A DNA stretch of 64,000 bases, taken from Octopus sinensis (taxonomy: Eukaryota). The translations under genes and the position numbers were made by a program. The stretch is from positions 150,102,001-150,166,000 of the forward strand of contig NC_042999.1 of the NCBI RefSeq assembly GCF_006345805.1. Reading direction: 5' to 3'. Shown here piece after piece: positions 25,031-38,215 of this stretch (position 1 is its first letter; the number at the start of each line of letters is the position of its first letter). Under the pieces are notes generated by a model, which saw only the letters and a list, made by a program, of their open reading frames with translations, did no database searches and was not told where the DNA came from.

Positions 25031-25483
25031 TTTGCTTTTGATTTTGATAAAATACCAGTATAGTACTGGGATCAAAGGTATTGACTAACCCCTTTCCCTC
25101 AAAATTACTGGTCTTGTGCTTCAATCACAAATTAGTTTATGAACTTCATCTTATGAAATCTGTCCTTTCAGTTTTGGATTAATAAACTAGATTTTGCTAC
25201 AAGACAATGTTTTTTTTCTGCAATCAAATAACAAAATAGTTTTCTTTTTTGTCTTTTATCTTTTTTTATGGATTAACAAATGACTTTTAAACCTTTTAAC
25301 TTCTTTCTTCACATGAATTAACAAATTAGCTTTTGACTCAAGACAAAGTCTACCTCAGCATATATTAACAAACGAGTTACTAATCTTTTAATGTATTGCT
25401 GTTTATGGATTAACAAACTAGCTTCCAACACTAAATACAGTGATGGCTTATAGATTTTTAAATTTTGTGTGTGGTGTGGTGTG

Positions 25484-25514
<31 letters not shown>

Positions 25515-25884
25515 CGCGTGTGTGTATGTGTGTGTGCATGTGTGTGCGTGTGCGTGTATGTGCACGTGTAATGCAGTGTTGTTGTTTAATCTCAGGTCAT
25601 TTCTGAATTTTTTCTTTTTCTTACTGTTTTACTTTGGGAAAGAAAGAGCTGTGTTGACTACTTTTTACTTTCTCCAGGAATGCAGGAGGAAATCATCCTC
25701 AAATCAGAGCACTGGCTCAGAACCTTACAACTGAATGACCCCCCCCCCCCAGCCCACCACCACCACCACCACACCTCCACAAAAGGTACCTAAAGATTAC
25801 GTGGTGGTATTAAACTGGGTGACATATTATGTCTAGAACTCAATAATGCAGAATGCAAAGAGAGGGAAACAAATATCACTAGGT

Positions 25885-26210
25885 ATCATCATCATCATCG
25901 CTTAACGTCCGCTTTCCATGCTGCGATAGGTTGGATGGTTTGACTGAGGACTGGTAAACCAGGAGGCTGCACCAGGCTCCAATCTGATCCGGCAAGGTTT
26001 CTACAGCTGGATGCCCTTCCTAACGCCAACCACTCCGAGAGTGTAGTGAGTGCATTTTACATGCCACCAGCACGGGTGCCAATCAGGCGGCACTGGTATT
26101 GATCACACTTATATGATGCTTTTTACAGGACACTGGCATGGGATCTAGTCAGGCGACACTTACATCGACCATGCTCGTATGGTGCTTTTTACATGCCACT
26201 GGCACAGGTA
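25885..26210 (-). mobile_element. RTE LINE 3' end (family C)
   Basis: catcatcgcttaacgtccgctttccatgc...cactccgagagtgtagt. Confidence 0.85.
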
Positions 26211-26489
26211 TCTCATTCAATAATTGAATAAGTCTGATAATCAGCTGCCCTGGACTGGGACTCTACTCCATCAACCCTGAATGGACAAAACAGTGACCAG
26301 CATATCTTTTTATCAGCATACAAGAATGCATTATCTAGTGTGGTGTTCCCTGTTTAAGAGGATGAGTATGTAAGTGAGGGAGTGATATGAAGAATATTTG
26401 GTTGTTATCTCTAACAGGTAAAGAAGTAGTATAGAAGCTGTTTCCTATGCCTACACCTGCCCTGCATATCAAGCATGCCCACTATTTTT

Positions 26490-26760
26490 TATCTTTTACT
26501 TGTTTCCGTCATTAGACTGTGGCCATGCTGGGACAGTCTTGAAGGAATTTTAGTCAAATGAATTGATTCCAGGACTTATTTTCTTTTTCAGCCTGGTGCT
26601 TTATTTTGTTAGTCTCTTTTGCCAAACTGTGAAGTTATGGGGACATGAACACATCAACACTGGTTGTCAAGCAGTTGTGGGGGACAAAAGGACAAATTCA
26701 CACACACACACACACACACACATTCATGGCAGGTTTCTTTCAGTTTCAATTTTAGGTTTC
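26490..26760 (-). mobile_element. SINE family A, 3' half
   Basis: ttttacttgtttccgtcatt...ttgtcaagc...tttctttcagtttc. Confidence 0.75.
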
Positions 26761-26923
26761 CTCAAACAGAGATAAACTGGGGCAAAATAACAACCCCCAA
26801 AATGATGAAAGCCAAAGCTACCTTTGATGGCATTTGAACTCAGAACTTTAAGATAGATAGCTATGCACTACAATGTATTTGTTTGATGCTCTATCAAATT
26901 TGCTACCTACCATCATTGATTAA

Positions 26924-27152
26924 CCTGTTAGCATTTAAACTGGCCATATCCAGCCCAATATATTCTACCTGTTGTACATTCAAACTGATCAGATCCAGCC
27001 TCTCACACTCACCCTACAATGTCATTCTAAATATAAACAATCATATCATTAAAATCTCAAAGTTATGAGATAATTCATGATTAATTCAAAAGAATGTGAA
27101 TAAATAAGCATTACATTTGACAGAACACATTTGACAGAATAATCAGAAAGGG
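26924..27152. mobile_element. piggyBac-like MITE (TTAA TSD)
   Basis: TTAA|cctgttagcatt...cagaaaggg|TTAA. Same terminal style as 48968-49182. Confidence 0.55.
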
Positions 27153-27158
27153 TTAAAT

Positions 27159-27432
27159 CAGTGGTTCCCAAAGGGGGCAGTATTGCCCCCTTGGGGTTGT
27201 GGAAGTTCCAAGGGAATGTTGAAGATAAGTGGGGTGATAATAGGATAGCAATTCATGTAAAAACAACAAAATAATGGGTTCATTAGGTTAAGTATTATTT
27301 GTGGAATACAGTTGCTTTGAATTTGCCTCAGAAAAAGGTCTATGTTTGTGATGGTCAGTTGGGGGTGAGGTGCTAGGAATGTGACCTGGGTGTCAAGGGG
27401 GCAGCAGCCCAAAAACAGTTTGGGAACCACTG
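27159..27432. mobile_element. hAT (Charlie-type) MITE
   Basis: TIRs CAGTGGTTCCCAAA / TTTGGGAACCACTG. 8-bp TSD GGTTAAAT / GATTAAAT. Confidence 0.9.
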
Positions 27433-27895
27433 GATTAAATCATTCCCAGTTCTTAGATGGTAAGTTATTTTATCAACTCCAGATGGTTGAAAGGCAAAGT
27501 TGACACTGGTGAGATTTGAACTCAGAATGTTGACAACTGTAACTCAATATAAGGTATTTTCTCAACTGTCCTATTGATTCTTCTGTCCACCACAATCATT
27601 TTAGTAAATACAATAATGCTAAAAGTAGCTAATTAGTATATGTTACCAAGTTAAATATTAATGAAATACAATAGTATGACCTTGTAATGATGATCACCTA
27701 TATGTTTATTGAACAGCTTGTTCAGATATAATAAATGGGACAAACACACATATACATACACATAGGCCCATTTACATAAATACACATCTACTAAGTCACA
27801 TAAAGAGATATACACACCATCCAACAAAGGAGTCTCTATATGGTCATCCAACATGCTAGAGATAGCAGCCAAAAGGAAACATATTAGATAATGAG

Positions 27896-28066
27896 CACTA
27901 ACGCAGCTAGAGGGGAGGCAGAGAGGGCAGCCTGCTCTGGGTGGCACTTTTATGGGGGCGGCACCACTTTTGAGTTTGCTGTAGGCAATATGTATTTTTT
28001 GTGTGGGCCTGGGAGCAGTAAACTGAAGTGCTGCCCCGGGTGGCACACACTCTAGCTCTGCTAGAG
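27896..28066. mobile_element. Probable hAT-type MITE
   Basis: Imperfect 17-bp TIRs cactaacgcagctagag / ctctagctctgctagag. Flanks ATAATGAG / ATAATGTT (6/8). Confidence 0.55.
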
Positions 28067-28374
28067 ATAATGTTGTCTTGGGCAGTTGGTGAATGGGTCA
28101 TCTTCTGGTTTTACTTTTTGTGTTTAAGTGTTTCAAATTTATCTGATGATGGTGCGGTTTTGCTATGATGTAATCTAAGAATGTATCAATAAAATGCTAC
28201 TGAAACAGCTGTAATAAATTTTAAACCCCCACCTGTATTCTTCTTTTATGCATATGCCACACCTGGAACCAACCCTGAGTTGAAACCACAGTTTATATGT
28301 GACTTGGTACCTATGTGTATGTTTGTATATATGTGTGTGTATGTGCACATATGTGCATGCACGTATGTGTATAA

Positions 28375-28405
<31 letters not shown>

Positions 28406-28542
28406 TGTGTATGTGTGTGTGCATGTGTGTGTGCATGTGTGTGCACACGTGCATACATATATATTTATATGCATTTAAGTATGTACATATGTACATGAAT
28501 ATTTACTTACAATATGTATGCATGTATTTATGCATGAATATA

Positions 28543-29665
28543 TCGGGTCATCCCATAAACAATACAGTTTTTTCAACTGCATGAACTAAAAGCCAAAGGA
28601 GGATGGGATAAACTACCTGCATCAACTTGCTATAAAAGCTGGTAGTAATTTTACCTTGTATTTATTCTTAGTGCAAGTTTTGAAGAGTGCAGTTTGATTT
28701 TAACAGTTATTTTTCCAAAGCTATAATGGAAGTGACAAATGAGGATATTTGGTATATTTTGCTTTATGAGTTTAATAAAGGCAAAATTGCAACAGAAAGT
28801 GTGGGGAATATTAATGCAGTATATGGGGATCAGACAACAAGCATAAGCCAGTGTCAACGGTGGTTCCAGAAATTCCAAGCCGGGAGGAGCCTCATTCTGG
28901 AAGATCTATAGAGCTTGACAAGGACATCTTGCAAACCCTTGTGGAACAAAATCTCATCGTAACTGTTGAGGAACTAAAAGAGAAGCTTGGATTTGGTCAG
29001 TCAACCATTCATTGACATTTGTGTGCCATTAGAAAAGTCAGCAAATTGAGTCAATGGGTGAGTGTGTACTCTTCTTTGCTGTCACATCTCAAGAATGAAC
29101 CTTTTTTGGACCAAATAGTAACTAGTGACAAAAAATGGGTTCTCTATAAAAATGTCAAGTGCTGAAGACAGTAGTTAGGCAAAGGAGAAACACTGGCACC
29201 CCAGACTAAAGAAAATCTATCTTCAACCACGTAAGGAATTGTTATCTGTTTGGTGGGATATGAAGGATTTAGTCCACTTTGAACTTTTAAATCCAAACCA
29301 AACAATGATAAAAGGAGATCTAGTGTAAGCAGCTTGAGTGGCTTAAGACAGCGCTTGAAGAAAAATGACCATCTTTGGTTTCAAGGTGTTCTTCCATCAG
29401 GATAATGCTCAGCCACATACAGCAAGTATGGTATTCCAAAGGCTGGAGCAGTTTGAATGGGAAATGATGCCCCATCCACCACATTTCTCAGACATTGCCC
29501 CATCTGATTCTCATTTATTCTGCAGTCTTCAAAATCATTTGGACAGAAAAAGTAAGAATTCTGTAGACGAGGTCAGAACAGTATTGGAAGAGTATTTTTT
29601 GTCATGGACAAGTGAATTTTGAAAGAGGGACCTTGCAAGTCTACCAGGTAGATGGAAGAGCATCA
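28543..29665 (+). mobile_element. Defective mariner element (DD34D transposase pseudogene, ATG at 28726), 3' TIR missing
   Basis: TA|tcgggtcatcccataa 5' end. MEVTNEDIWYILLYEFNKG..CQRWFQKF (HTH), IVTSDKKWVLY, SVWWD, FHQDNAQPH, HPPHFSDIAPSDSHLF. Stops, frameshifts and a deletion at the WVPH linker. Confidence 0.95.
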
Positions 29666-30519
29666 AACCACACAGTATATATATATATATATATGTATTT
29701 ATGAATGTACACATGTTTATATATACATGTATATTTATTCACTTTTAAACACAAGATGTCAAAAACAAAATGTTTACATCTAATCATACACACTTGCACA
29801 CATACACATACCCACATATGTATACTACACACATTCACAGATATTTCCACACACACACACACACACACACGTGTATGTATATAACAGACATATAATAATG
29901 CTTATATACATACATGCAGACTTTGCAACCACAAAGGAGATGATCAGAGCAGCTGTGACAAAGTAAGTCAACGACAAGAAACTCACAGTAGCTTGCCAGC
30001 CATTGATCTTGTATCTGATTGAAATTCATTGACAATATGTGTGCTGCCATCCCTGTTGCTATTGTTGTTGTTATTGTAAAGGTGGTAGTTTGAGATGGTT
30101 GTGGTGGTGGTGGTAGTGACAATGTTGATAGTAGTGGTGGCGGCAACAGCACCAACATTAGTGATAATACCAATATAGATGAAGCTAGTTACTTTGAACC
30201 GGGAGAGGAAGAAGCGCACGCAAGATGATGACAACATTATTTCAATGTCTTTGTCATTTAGTTCTTGTTGTTATTTGTGTGATGGTTTTTTTCTTTTATT
30301 TATTTGTATTGATAACTATTGATGTGTTTTTATTCTGCTTTTTTTTTTTGCTTTCTTTTCTTTCACCTTTCAGTTTTTTCAATTTTTTTTTTTTTAAAGA
30401 ATGGAAAGGAATTTCCTCTTATTTTTTTAGAAATGAATTTGTTCTATTTCGTGTTTTCCTTCTTATTCTTTTCCCAAGTCTTCTTACAGTTGCAATCAAA
30501 TAGGATGTCATAGAATGTA

Positions 30520-30602
30520 AGGAATCCCTTTGTGTCATCATCATCAACACAGCTGCTGCTGCTGTTGCCTCCACCACCATCACCACCTCCACCACCACCA
30601 CC

Positions 30603-30634
<32 letters not shown>

Positions 30635-30955
30635 CCACCACCACCACCATGAACAAGAACATCATGCTCACTGTCATCCTCCTTCATTGTTGCCATCGTC
30701 CTTAAAATTACCATCAACAGCATCATCATCACAATGATCATAATCATTGATACCACCATTGCCACTACTCTTGCCCCACCAGCCTTGCTGCAACCATTGC
30801 CTCCAACCATTGCCACCACTCGCCACCACCATTACCACCACCACTGCCACCACAATTGCCACCACCATAGCTACCACCATTGCCCCCACCATTGCCCCCA
30901 CCATTGCCACCACTCGCCACCACCATTGCCACCACCATAGCTACCACCATCGCCA
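30520..30955. repeat. (CAT)n/(CAC)n low-complexity sequence grading into the minisatellite
   Basis: Direct composition. Confidence 0.85.
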
Positions 30956-33335
30956 CCACCACTCACCACCACCATCGCTACCATCATTGCTGCCACCATC
31001 ACCACCATTGCTACCACCATTGCCACCAACATTGCCACCACCATCGCCACCACCATAGCCACTGCCACACCACCACTGTCATCACCTTCATTACCACCAT
31101 TGCCACCACCATCACCATCACCATCGCCACCACTACTCGCCACCACCATCGCTACCATCATTGCTGCCACCATCGCCACCATTGCTACCACCCTCGCTGC
31201 CACCATTGCCACCACCATAGCCACCACCATAGCCACCGCCATCACTACCACTGTCATCACCTTCATTACCACCATTGCCACCACCATCACCATCACCATC
31301 GCCACCACCACTCGCCACCACCATCGCTACCATCATTGCTGCACCATCGCCACCATTGCTACCACCCTCGCTGCCACCATTGCCACCACATAGCCACACC
31401 ATAGCCACCGCCATCACTACCACTGTCATCACCTTCATTACCACCATTGCCACCAACCATCACCATCACCATCGCCACCACCACTCGCCACCACCATCGC
31501 TACCATCATTGCTGCCACCATCGCCACCATTGCTACCACCCTCGCTGCCACCATTGCACCACGATAGCCACCACCATAGCCACCGCCTCACTACACTGTC
31601 ATCACCTTCATTACCACCATTGCCACCACCACCATCACCCACCATCGCCACCACCACTCGCCACCACCATCGCACCATCATTGCTGCCACCACCACGCCA
31701 CCATTGCTACACCCTCGCTGCCACCATTGCCACCACCATAGCCACCACCATAGCCACCGCCATCACTACCACTGTCATCACCTTCATTACCACCATTGCC
31801 ACCACCATCACCATCACCATCGCCACCACCACTCGCCACCACCATCGCTACCATCATTGCTGCCACCATCGCCACCATTGCTACCACCCTCGCTGCCACC
31901 ATTGCCACCACATAGCCACCACCATAGCCACCGCCATCACTACCACTGTCATCACCTTCATTACCACCATTGCCACCACCATCACCATCACCATCGCCCC
32001 ACCACTCGCCACCACCATCGCTACCATCATTGCTGCCACCATCGCCACCATTGCTACCACCCTCGCTGCCACCATTGCCACCACCATAGCCACCACCATA
32101 GCCACCGCCATCACTACCACTGTCATCACCTCATTACCACCATTGCCACCACCATCACCATCACCATCGCCCCACCACTCGCCACCACCATCGCTACCAT
32201 CATTGCTGCCACCATCGCCACCATTGCTACCACCCTCGCTGCCACCATTGCCACCACCATAGCCACCACCATAGCCACCGCCATCACTACCACTGTCATC
32301 ACCTCATTACCACCATTGCCACCACCATCACCATCACCATCGCCACCACCACTCGCCACCACCATCGCTACCATCATTGCTGCCACCATCGCCACCATTG
32401 CTACCACCCTCGCTGCCACCATTGCCACCACCATAGCCACCACCATAGCCACCGCCATCACTACCACTGTCTCACCTTCATTACCACCATTGCCACCACC
32501 ATCACCATCACCATCGCCACCACCACTCGCCACCACCATCGCTACCATCATTGCTGCCACCATCGCCACCATTGCTACCACCCTCGCTGCCACCATTGCC
32601 ACCACGATAGCCACCACCATAGCCACCGCCATCACTACCACTGTCATCACCTTCATTACCACCATTGCCACCACCATCACCATCACCATCGCCACCACCA
32701 CTCGCCACCACCATCGCTACCATCATGCTGCCACCATCGCCACCATTGCTACCACCCTCGCTGCCACCATTGCCACCACCATAGCCACCACCATAGCCAC
32801 CGCCATCACTACCACTGTCATCACCTTCATTACCACCATTGCCACCACCATCACCATCACCATCGCCACACCACTCGCCACCACCATCGCTACCATCATT
32901 GCTGCCACCATCGCCACCATTGCTACCACCCTCGCTGCCACCATTGCCACCACCATAGCCACCACCATAGCCACCGCCATCACTACCACTGTCATCACCT
33001 TCATTACCACCATTGCCACCACCATCACCATCACCATCGCCACCACCACTCGCCACCACCATCGCTACCATCATTGCTGCCACCATCGCCACCATTGCTA
33101 CCACCCTCGCTGCCACCATTGCCACCACCATAGCCACCACCATAGCCACCGCCATCACTACCACTGTCATCACCTTCATTACCACCATTGCCACCACCAT
33201 CACCATCACCATCGCCACCACCACTCGCCACCACCATCGCTACCATCATTGCTGCCACCATCGCCACCATTGCTACCACCCTCGCTGCCACCATTGCCAC
33301 CACCATAGCCACCACCATAGCCACTGCCACACCAC
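30955..33335. repeat. 175-bp minisatellite, ~14 copies, built from ACC/GCC/ATC triplets
   Basis: The marker actc(g/a)cc occurs at 30961, 31135, 31310, 31483, 31656, 31831, 32004, 32177, 32351, 32525, 32700, 32873, 33048 and 33223 (period 173-175). Confidence 0.95.
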
Positions 33336-34720
33336 CACTGTCATCACCTTCATTACCACCATTACCACCACCATCACCACCACCATCGCCACCACTGCTT
33401 CCACCACCATTACCACCACCATCACCACCACCATCGCCACCACTGCTTCCACCATCATTGCCACCACCATCATCATCACTCTCAGTTGTTATTGTTTGCT
33501 GATGTCAACAGCAGCAGTGACTGCATATGTTTGTCAAGATCAGTCAGCCTCCTCCTTCCTCTACTTTTTCCTCATCATCATTGTCATCATTGCCATCATT
33601 GTCATCATCATCATCATCATATCATCATCGTCATCATCAGCAATATAATCATCATAGTTGTTATCAGCGTCATTGGCGACATCATTATTGCTGACATTAA
33701 AATCAGGGAATCAGATTTTCGAAAACAAAATGATGATAATGATGATGATGAAGACGATGATGATGACGACAATGACGATGATGACAACGATGACGACGAC
33801 GATGATGATGAAGAAATTGATTATCGTTGTCACTGACGTCGTCATCATCGCCAGACATCGTCATCATCCTCAGTGCCATTGTTGTCTCATGCATTGTCGT
33901 CATCAAGTTGTTTTTGATGATTTTTTTTATGTCAGCTCTTTTACCATCTACATCACCATCATTATCCTCTTCTTCCACATCCTCCTTATTTCTCTCCTCC
34001 CCCCCCTCCTCCTTATCATCTTCATCGTCATCTTCGTCATCATTTCCACACGGTGATAAAGATTGAAAAAAAAGAAAAAACGCATCAAACCAAATAAGAA
34101 TTTGAGAAAAAAGGTGACATGGGATGCACATGTGAAATCGTAAATAAATAAATAAATGCATAAATAAATAAATAAATTTTTATGAGCTCAGAAGACATGA
34201 TGTAATTTTGCCACCAGATATTGGTCAGCCTGACCAGTGGAATAGGATGGACCAAGAGCATCCTCCATATCCTCCTGCTTCTTCTTCTTCTTCTTTACTT
34301 CCTCTTCCTCCTTATCACCATCATCATCATCGTTTTCAGTAGCAGCAGCAGCACTACCACCACCACCACCACCACCACCACCACAATTGTCATCATCATC
34401 TTCATGAACTTTGTCATCGTTATTGCTGTCATCGCTACCATCATTATCATCGTTGTCGTTGTCATCATCATTAGCATTGCTGTCATTGTTGTTATCAACA
34501 GGATCATCATCATCATCATCATCATCATCACTGTCGCTATTGTCACCGTCATCACCATTATCATTGTCATCATCATCATCATCATCATCATCACCATCAC
34601 CATCACCATCATCATTACTGTCATCATCATTGTCATCATCATCATAACAGTTCTCATCTACACAACCACCACCACCACCACCATTATCCCCATGACCTCC
34701 ACCACTCCTGAAAACTAATA
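33335..34720. repeat. (CAT)n/(GAT)n/(CAC)n low-complexity tracts
   Basis: Direct composition. The poly-I/M/S/D ORFs are artefacts. Confidence 0.85.
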
Positions 34721-34894
34721 GTCTTTATCCAGGTTAGAAATCATTGGTTAATTATTCATGAAAGGTAGGAGAGTAGCAGAGATAGTAAAACACTAAACAA
34801 TATTTACTTTTACTCCTCCATATTCCAAGTTCAAATCATGCCAGAACTGACTTCGCCTTTTGTCCCTTTAGGGTCAGCAATATAAGTATTAGGG

Positions 34895-35570
34895 ATCTTT
34901 TACCTTTTATTTTGTTTCAGTCATTAGAAAATGGCCATGCTAGGGCAGTCTTGGAGAAATTTTAGCTGAATGAATTAACTGTTCAGTACTTATTTTTTTA
35001 AAGCCAAGTACATATTCTATGTGTCTCTTTTGCAGAGCCACTAAGTTACAGGGATGTAAACACCGGTTGTCAAGCATTGGTTGGGTACAGGCACATATAC
35101 AAAGAAACACATGCACGTGAAAAAACATTTGAGCGAGGTCATTGCCAGTGCCACTGGACCGGCTCCTGTGCAGGTGGCACATAAAAAACACCATTTGAGT
35201 GTGGCCATTGCCAGTACTGCCTGACTGGCCCTCATGCCAGTGGCATGTAAAAGCACCCACTATACTCTCGGAGTGGTTGGCATTAGGAAGGGCATCCAGC
35301 TGTAGAAACTTTACCAGATCAGATTGGAGCGTGGTGCAGCCATCTGGTTCGCGAGTCCTCAGTCAGAATCGTCCAACCCATGCTAGCATGGGAAGCGGAC
35401 GTTAAACGATGATGATGACACAATTGCCTTTTTTTCCAGTTTCTGTGTGCCAAATTCAGTCACAAGACTATGATCAACCTGAGGCTATAATAGAAGATAC
35501 TTACTCAATGGGGACTGAACCTGAAACCATGTAGCTGGAAAGCAAGTTTCTTACTACTTAGCTACATCTG
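34895..35570 (-). mobile_element. SINE family A split by an RTE 3' end (family C, + strand, ~35090-35420)
   Basis: Family A tail at 34895-35090 and head at 35425-35570 flank a family C copy ending gacgttaaacgatgatgatg. Confidence 0.8.
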
Positions 35571-35999
35571 TAGACAAGTATTGAAGTTGAAGTTTGAGTC
35601 AGCCTAATATATTAGCTGTTTTTGGTTTTGTCACAGTTTAACTTCAGGTCAGGTTTGTACACTTCCTGTTTTTACCTTTTAATTACAAAATTAAACTTCA
35701 TGGTTATTCCACTAATGATGATAAATATCTACCAAAAACAAGAATGAGTATTTGCTGCAAGTTGTGTTGCCTCAATAAACTCGATGCATCTTGACAAAAA
35801 TTAGTTTTAAACCCGACATACCTCAACAAAAGATGGAATGGTATTTAAAACTGGGTATTTTCTGGTTATCTCACCCCCATTAAAACATTAGGTTATCTCC
35901 CCCAACTAATAAAATGTTTAACCCTCGATAAAACAAAAAGAAAAAATGAAAAATGAATAAACATGAAAAGCGAAAAGATTAAACGTCTTATTGAATCTC

Positions 36000-36392
36000 T
36001 CTTTTACTTTCTTTTACTTGTCAATTGATTGTGGCCATGGTGGAGCGCCGCCTTTAGTTGAGCAAATCGACCCCAGGACTTATTCTTTGGAAGCCTAGTG
36101 CTTATTCTATTGGTTTCTTTTGCCGAACCACTAAGTTACGGGGATGTAAACACGCTACCATTGGTTGTCAAGTGATGTTGGGGGGACAAACAGAGACACA
36201 CAAACATATACACACATACATATATAAGACGGGCTTCTTTCAGTTTCCATCTACCAAATCCACTCACAAGGCTTTGGTCAGCCCAAGGCTATAGTAGAAG
36301 ACACTTGCCCAAGGTGCCATGCAGTGGGAATGAACCCAGAACCATGTGGTTGGTAAGCAAGCTACTTACCACACAGCCACTCCTGTGCCTAC
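36000..36392 (-). mobile_element. SINE family A, full length
   Basis: Reverse complement of the 51338-51752 type, ending accacacagccactcctgtgcc. Confidence 0.9.
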
Positions 36393-36999
36393 ATTTTTAT
36401 AACAAATCATACCATGCCGATTGAGGAGACCAAAAGTCAACAATGTTTTGAAGTATTGGATCTGGTGGAATTTGAACTCAGAATGTTAAGCTGGAAGAAA
36501 TGCCGCAAAGCATTTTGTCTGGTGTGCTAATGATTTAGCCGGCAACCTCCTTACTGACTTGTCTAACAACAGGAGAAATGATTATTTGGTTATTATACAG
36601 CTCTTGGCGAATTAGCTACACTTAAATACTTGACTACTTACTTGCAGAGGCCTTCACACAGTTGTTTGACCTGTTAGAATTGGCAGCTAAATATCCTTCT
36701 AGCTATTTTTTATCATCTTAAATAGAGATTGCAGTGGAGCACAAATACTTTTTTAAATCTCATTGCAATAACAGCAACAACAACAACAATGACAATAATA
36801 ATGGTTTCAGATTTTGAAGTGAGAGGTTAGTCAATTACATGGGCCCCATAAGTTGACTCATACTTTATTTCATTATCCCTTAATAGATGAAAGGCTGTAT
36901 TTGAACTCAGAATGTCAAGAGCTGGAAGAAATAATTTTAAGTACTTTGCCCGATGCACCAATGTTTTAACCAGCTTGCTGCCTAATTATTATTATCATC

Positions 37000-37290
37000 A
37001 TCATCATCATTATCGTTTAATGTGCACTTTCCATGCTGGCATGAGTTGGACGATTTGACTGAGGACTGGCAAACCTGATGGCTGCACCAGGCCCTAATCT
37101 GATCTGGCAGAGTTTTTCACGTGCCACCGGCACAAGTGCCAGTAAGGCAATGCTGGTAACAATCCTGTTCGAATGGTGCTCTTAGCACTCCACTAGCACG
37201 GATGCCAGTCATGTAGTGCTGTCATCGAATTTGATTTTGATTTCGATTTCACTTGCCTCAGCAGGTCTTCGCAAGCAGAGTTAAGTGTCC
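37000..37290 (-). mobile_element. RTE LINE 3' end (family C)
   Basis: catcatcattatcgtttaatgtgcactttccatgc... through cacttgcctcagcaggtcttcgc. Confidence 0.8.
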
Positions 37291-37559
37291 AATGAAGGAA
37301 AGGTACGCATATGGAGGAAAGGTACGCATATGAAGGAAAGGTATGCATGAAGAAAAGGTACACATAATAATAATAATAATAATAATATTAATAAAAAAAA
37401 AAATTTAAAAAAATAAAAAAAATGAACGAACTATTGAGTTTGGTTTAATGGCCTACCAATGTATACTATGAGTTTCTTTGCCCTAGGAGTCGGGAAGACA
37501 CTCGGCAAGAAATGGAAGCAAATTTGAAAGAAGAAAAAAAAATAATAATAATAATAATA

Positions 37560-38215
37560 ATCCTTTCTACAATAGGTACAAGGTCTGAAATCTGCAGGAA
37601 GCAGGATTGTTAATTGCTTTGAACCCAGAGCTCAACAGGTACTTATTTCTTTGACCCCCCAGAAAAATGAAAGGCAAAGCCAACTTATACAGCATTTGAA
37701 CTAGGAATGTAAAGATGAATAAAATGTCACTAAACATTTTGTCTGATGTGCTAATGTTTCTTATTTCTTTATTGCCCACAAGGGGCTAAACATAGAGTGG
37801 ACAAACAAGGATAGAAAAAGGGATTAAGGTAATTATATCGACCCTAGTGCATAACTGGTACTTATTTAATTGACTCTGAAAGGATGAAAGGCAAAGTCGG
37901 CCTCGGCGGAATTTGAACTCAGAACGTAGTGGCAGACGAAATACTGCTAAGCATTTCGCCCGGCGTGCTAACATTTCTGCCAGCTCACTGCCTAATTAAT
38001 AATCCTTTCTATGGTTAGTACAAGGCCTGAAATTTTGGGAAAGGGGTCTAGTTGATAACATCAACCCTAGTGCTCCACTGGTACTATTTCATTGACTCCT
38101 AAAGGATGAAAGGCGAAGATGATTTCGGCAGAATTTGAACTCTGAATGTAAAAATGGAACAAAATTCTGCTAAGCATTTTGTCCAGCGTGTTAACAGGTC
38201 TGCCAGTTCACCACC
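37560..38215 (-). mobile_element. Three tandem SINE family B copies
   Basis: Three repeats of ggtactta...gatgaaaggcaaag...atttgaactc...taagcattt. The 37765-37995 copy is least diverged. Confidence 0.85.

Noticed and set aside
31275-33308. 677-aa ORF as a mucin-like or His-rich protein gene
   Set aside because: No ATG start (begins at an alternative codon). It arises from a 3n+1 satellite whose frame changes every unit, and scattered indels alter it. Kept as a repeat finding, not a CDS.
30955-33335. CRISPR-like array
   Set aside because: Units are contiguous near-identical repeats without unique spacers, in eukaryotic DNA with no cas genes.
34221-34718. 165-aa hydrophobic ORF resembling a membrane protein
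   Set aside because: Poly-Ile/Val translation of (CAT)n/(TGT) low-complexity sequence.
35822-35850. Minus-strand micro-exon xLNTIPSFVE with donor GAG|gtatgt
   Set aside because: The acceptor lacks a pyrimidine tract. Insufficient support.
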